Shown here: in pieces, positions 62,448 through 64,000 of the stretch
How the letters are laid out: the number at the start of each line of letters is the position of its first letter
Position numbering within the stretch: the stretch's first letter is position 1
Origin: Octopus sinensis
Lineage: Eukaryota
Length of the DNA stretch: 64,000 nucleotides
Reading direction: 5' to 3'
NCBI RefSeq assembly: GCF_006345805.1
Contig: NC_043003.1
Location: 26,412,001 to 26,476,000, forward strand
Notes under the pieces: model-generated
Seen by the model: only the letters and a program-made list of their open reading frames with translations
The model's database searches: none
What the model was told of the DNA's origin: nothing
Program-made: the position numbers and the translations under genes

Positions 62448-63566
62448 TTTGGAGTGTGGTTACATGACTTCCTGAAAGATAGGAATCAGGCAGTAGTGGT
62501 TAATGGAGCCACCTCTATGAAAACACAAATAGTGAGCGGTGTTCCACAGGGCACTGTCTTGGGACCACTGCTTTTTATAGTGGCCCTCTCAGATATGCCT
62601 TCAAGTGTCTGGATAGCCACCCTTGCAAGTTATGCAGACAATACGAAAGTCTCACAGAAAATACAGAACCCCAGTTCTGCAGCAGGAGTTGGACTCAATT
62701 TATAGATGGGCTGTGCTACCTGTGCTACTAGCATCCAAAACTGAATACGAAACTTACGGAGTACACTGGTCCACAGGGAATTTCTATCCCAGAGCCTAAA
62801 TCAGTGAGGGACCTGGGTATTGACATGAGTGATGATACCTCTTTCCAAGTGCACATTGCCAGGATGGTGACAAAGTGCAGACGACTGGCTGAATGGGTCC
62901 TGAGAACATTCAGAACCAGAGATAAGGAAACCATGATGGTCCTCTGGAGGACATTCGTCCTCAGCCGCCTGGATTACTGCTCACAGCTATGGTCACCCAC
63001 CAGTGTGAAATTAACAGCAGGCCTTGAAGCAATCCAGAGAAGATTCACAAAGAATATTGTCTCTTTGCAACTGCTCAGCTACTGGGAAAGGCTGAAGCAG
63101 CTAAGACTCTACTCCTTGGAGAGAAGGCAGGAGAGGTATGCAGTAATATACATCTGGAAGATCCTGGAAGGAATTGTGCCAAATTTTGGCACTGAAAGCT
63201 ACACAAATGTCAGAACAGGACAACACTGTATGGTGCCAAAGATCCCAGCAATGCACTTCAGGACCAGTTACAGTAACAGCCTGGGTTTCAGGGGCCCATA
63301 GCATTTTAATATTCTCCCAAAGAGCCTGAGGAACCTGCACAAAGTAGATGTAGGCGTTTTAAAATCAAAGCTGGACCTCTTCCTGTCGAGAGTCCTAGAT
63401 GAACCTACCTCATGGCAAGAGGTGCAAATGAGGGTAGCTACATCAAACTCCATTCTTCACCAAGTACCACATATTGGAGGAGGCCCTCAGTAATATCAGT
63501 GTAGCAAAACGGCAGTGCATCAGCATGGCCGCAGCTCTGAGCTGAAACTACAGAACAGAAAAGAAA
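62448..63566 (+). mobile_element. 5'-truncated CR1-group LINE (RT core to 3' tail), with internal deletion and a stop
   Basis: [17 protein letters not shown]...[14 protein letters not shown]...YADN...RDLGI...LDYCSQLWSP...LEAIQRRFTK...YWERLKQLRLYSLERRQERY. Confidence 0.93.
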
Positions 63567-63619
63567 ATATATATGGTCCAAGACAGTGCCCTGTGGAACA
63601 TCGCTCACTTACAATGGCA

Positions 63620-63667
63620 ACCATGTAGCAATTCAACAATGATATCATTGTTGAATTGCTACATGGT
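63620..63667. repeat. Perfect 48-bp palindrome
   Basis: accatgtagcaattcaacaatgat|atcattgttgaattgctacatggt. Confidence 0.95.
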
Positions 63668-64000
63668 CACCATTTTATATTTTTAATTTTGTGCATGCAC
63701 ATTGTTTTTGATTTTGTCAATACACAGTATAGTAGGGTCAGTTGGGCAACATCTGTGAGAAAAACAGTACTATGACGCAATCCACTCTGCCAGAAATTTG
63801 GAAATGACATGCTGTACTGCTTGGCATTCATGTCAGAATTTTTAGTCATTAAAACTGACTCCAGTGTGTATTTTTTTAAAACCCTAGTACTTATTGTATC
63901 AGTTTCTTTTGCCAAACCACTAAGTTATAGGGCCAGAAACACACCAACACAAGTTGTCAAGTGGTGATGGGTGACAAAGACACACACACACATGTGCATA

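Noticed and set aside
515-62705. Numerous long ORFs rich in YI/CV/HT/IYLS/TTT/NNN (e.g. 22298-23014, 24139-24978, 31382-32728)
   Set aside because: They are translations of di-, tri- and tetranucleotide microsatellites, open in several frames on both strands

Overview
AT-rich eukaryotic genomic DNA, very probably from an octopus (cephalopod-type SINEs and an octopus-like mitochondrial nad5 insertion). There are no prokaryotic features, no CRISPR array and no rRNA or tRNA genes. Nearly all ORFs in the supplied track are microsatellite artefacts. The window appears to be mostly two long introns of a minus-strand gene. Three symmetrical phase-1 exons (35160-35011, 15224-15135, 1134-1081; 150+90+54 nt) splice into one stop-free 98-codon frame. 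The introns hold tRNA-derived SINEs, RTE, CR1 and other LINE fragments, a complete but dead mariner, Helitron/Helentron elements, MITEs and a nad5 NUMT. The most striking signal is a Penelope-like/hammerhead-ribozyme layer. At 36337-37676 a 473-bp unit is repeated in tandem and inverted between (TA)n arrays and carries an intact type I hammerhead ribozyme in each arm (a retrozyme-like, possibly circular-RNA-producing element); one arm starts about 10 nt from the predicted self-cleavage site. Around it are a decayed Penelope-like reverse transcriptase (29.1-30.15 kb), several minimal or degenerate hammerheads from other families, and several long fold-backs, one folding inside a hammerhead core. 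All assignments were made by eye, without database searches. SINE and satellite coordinates are approximate.
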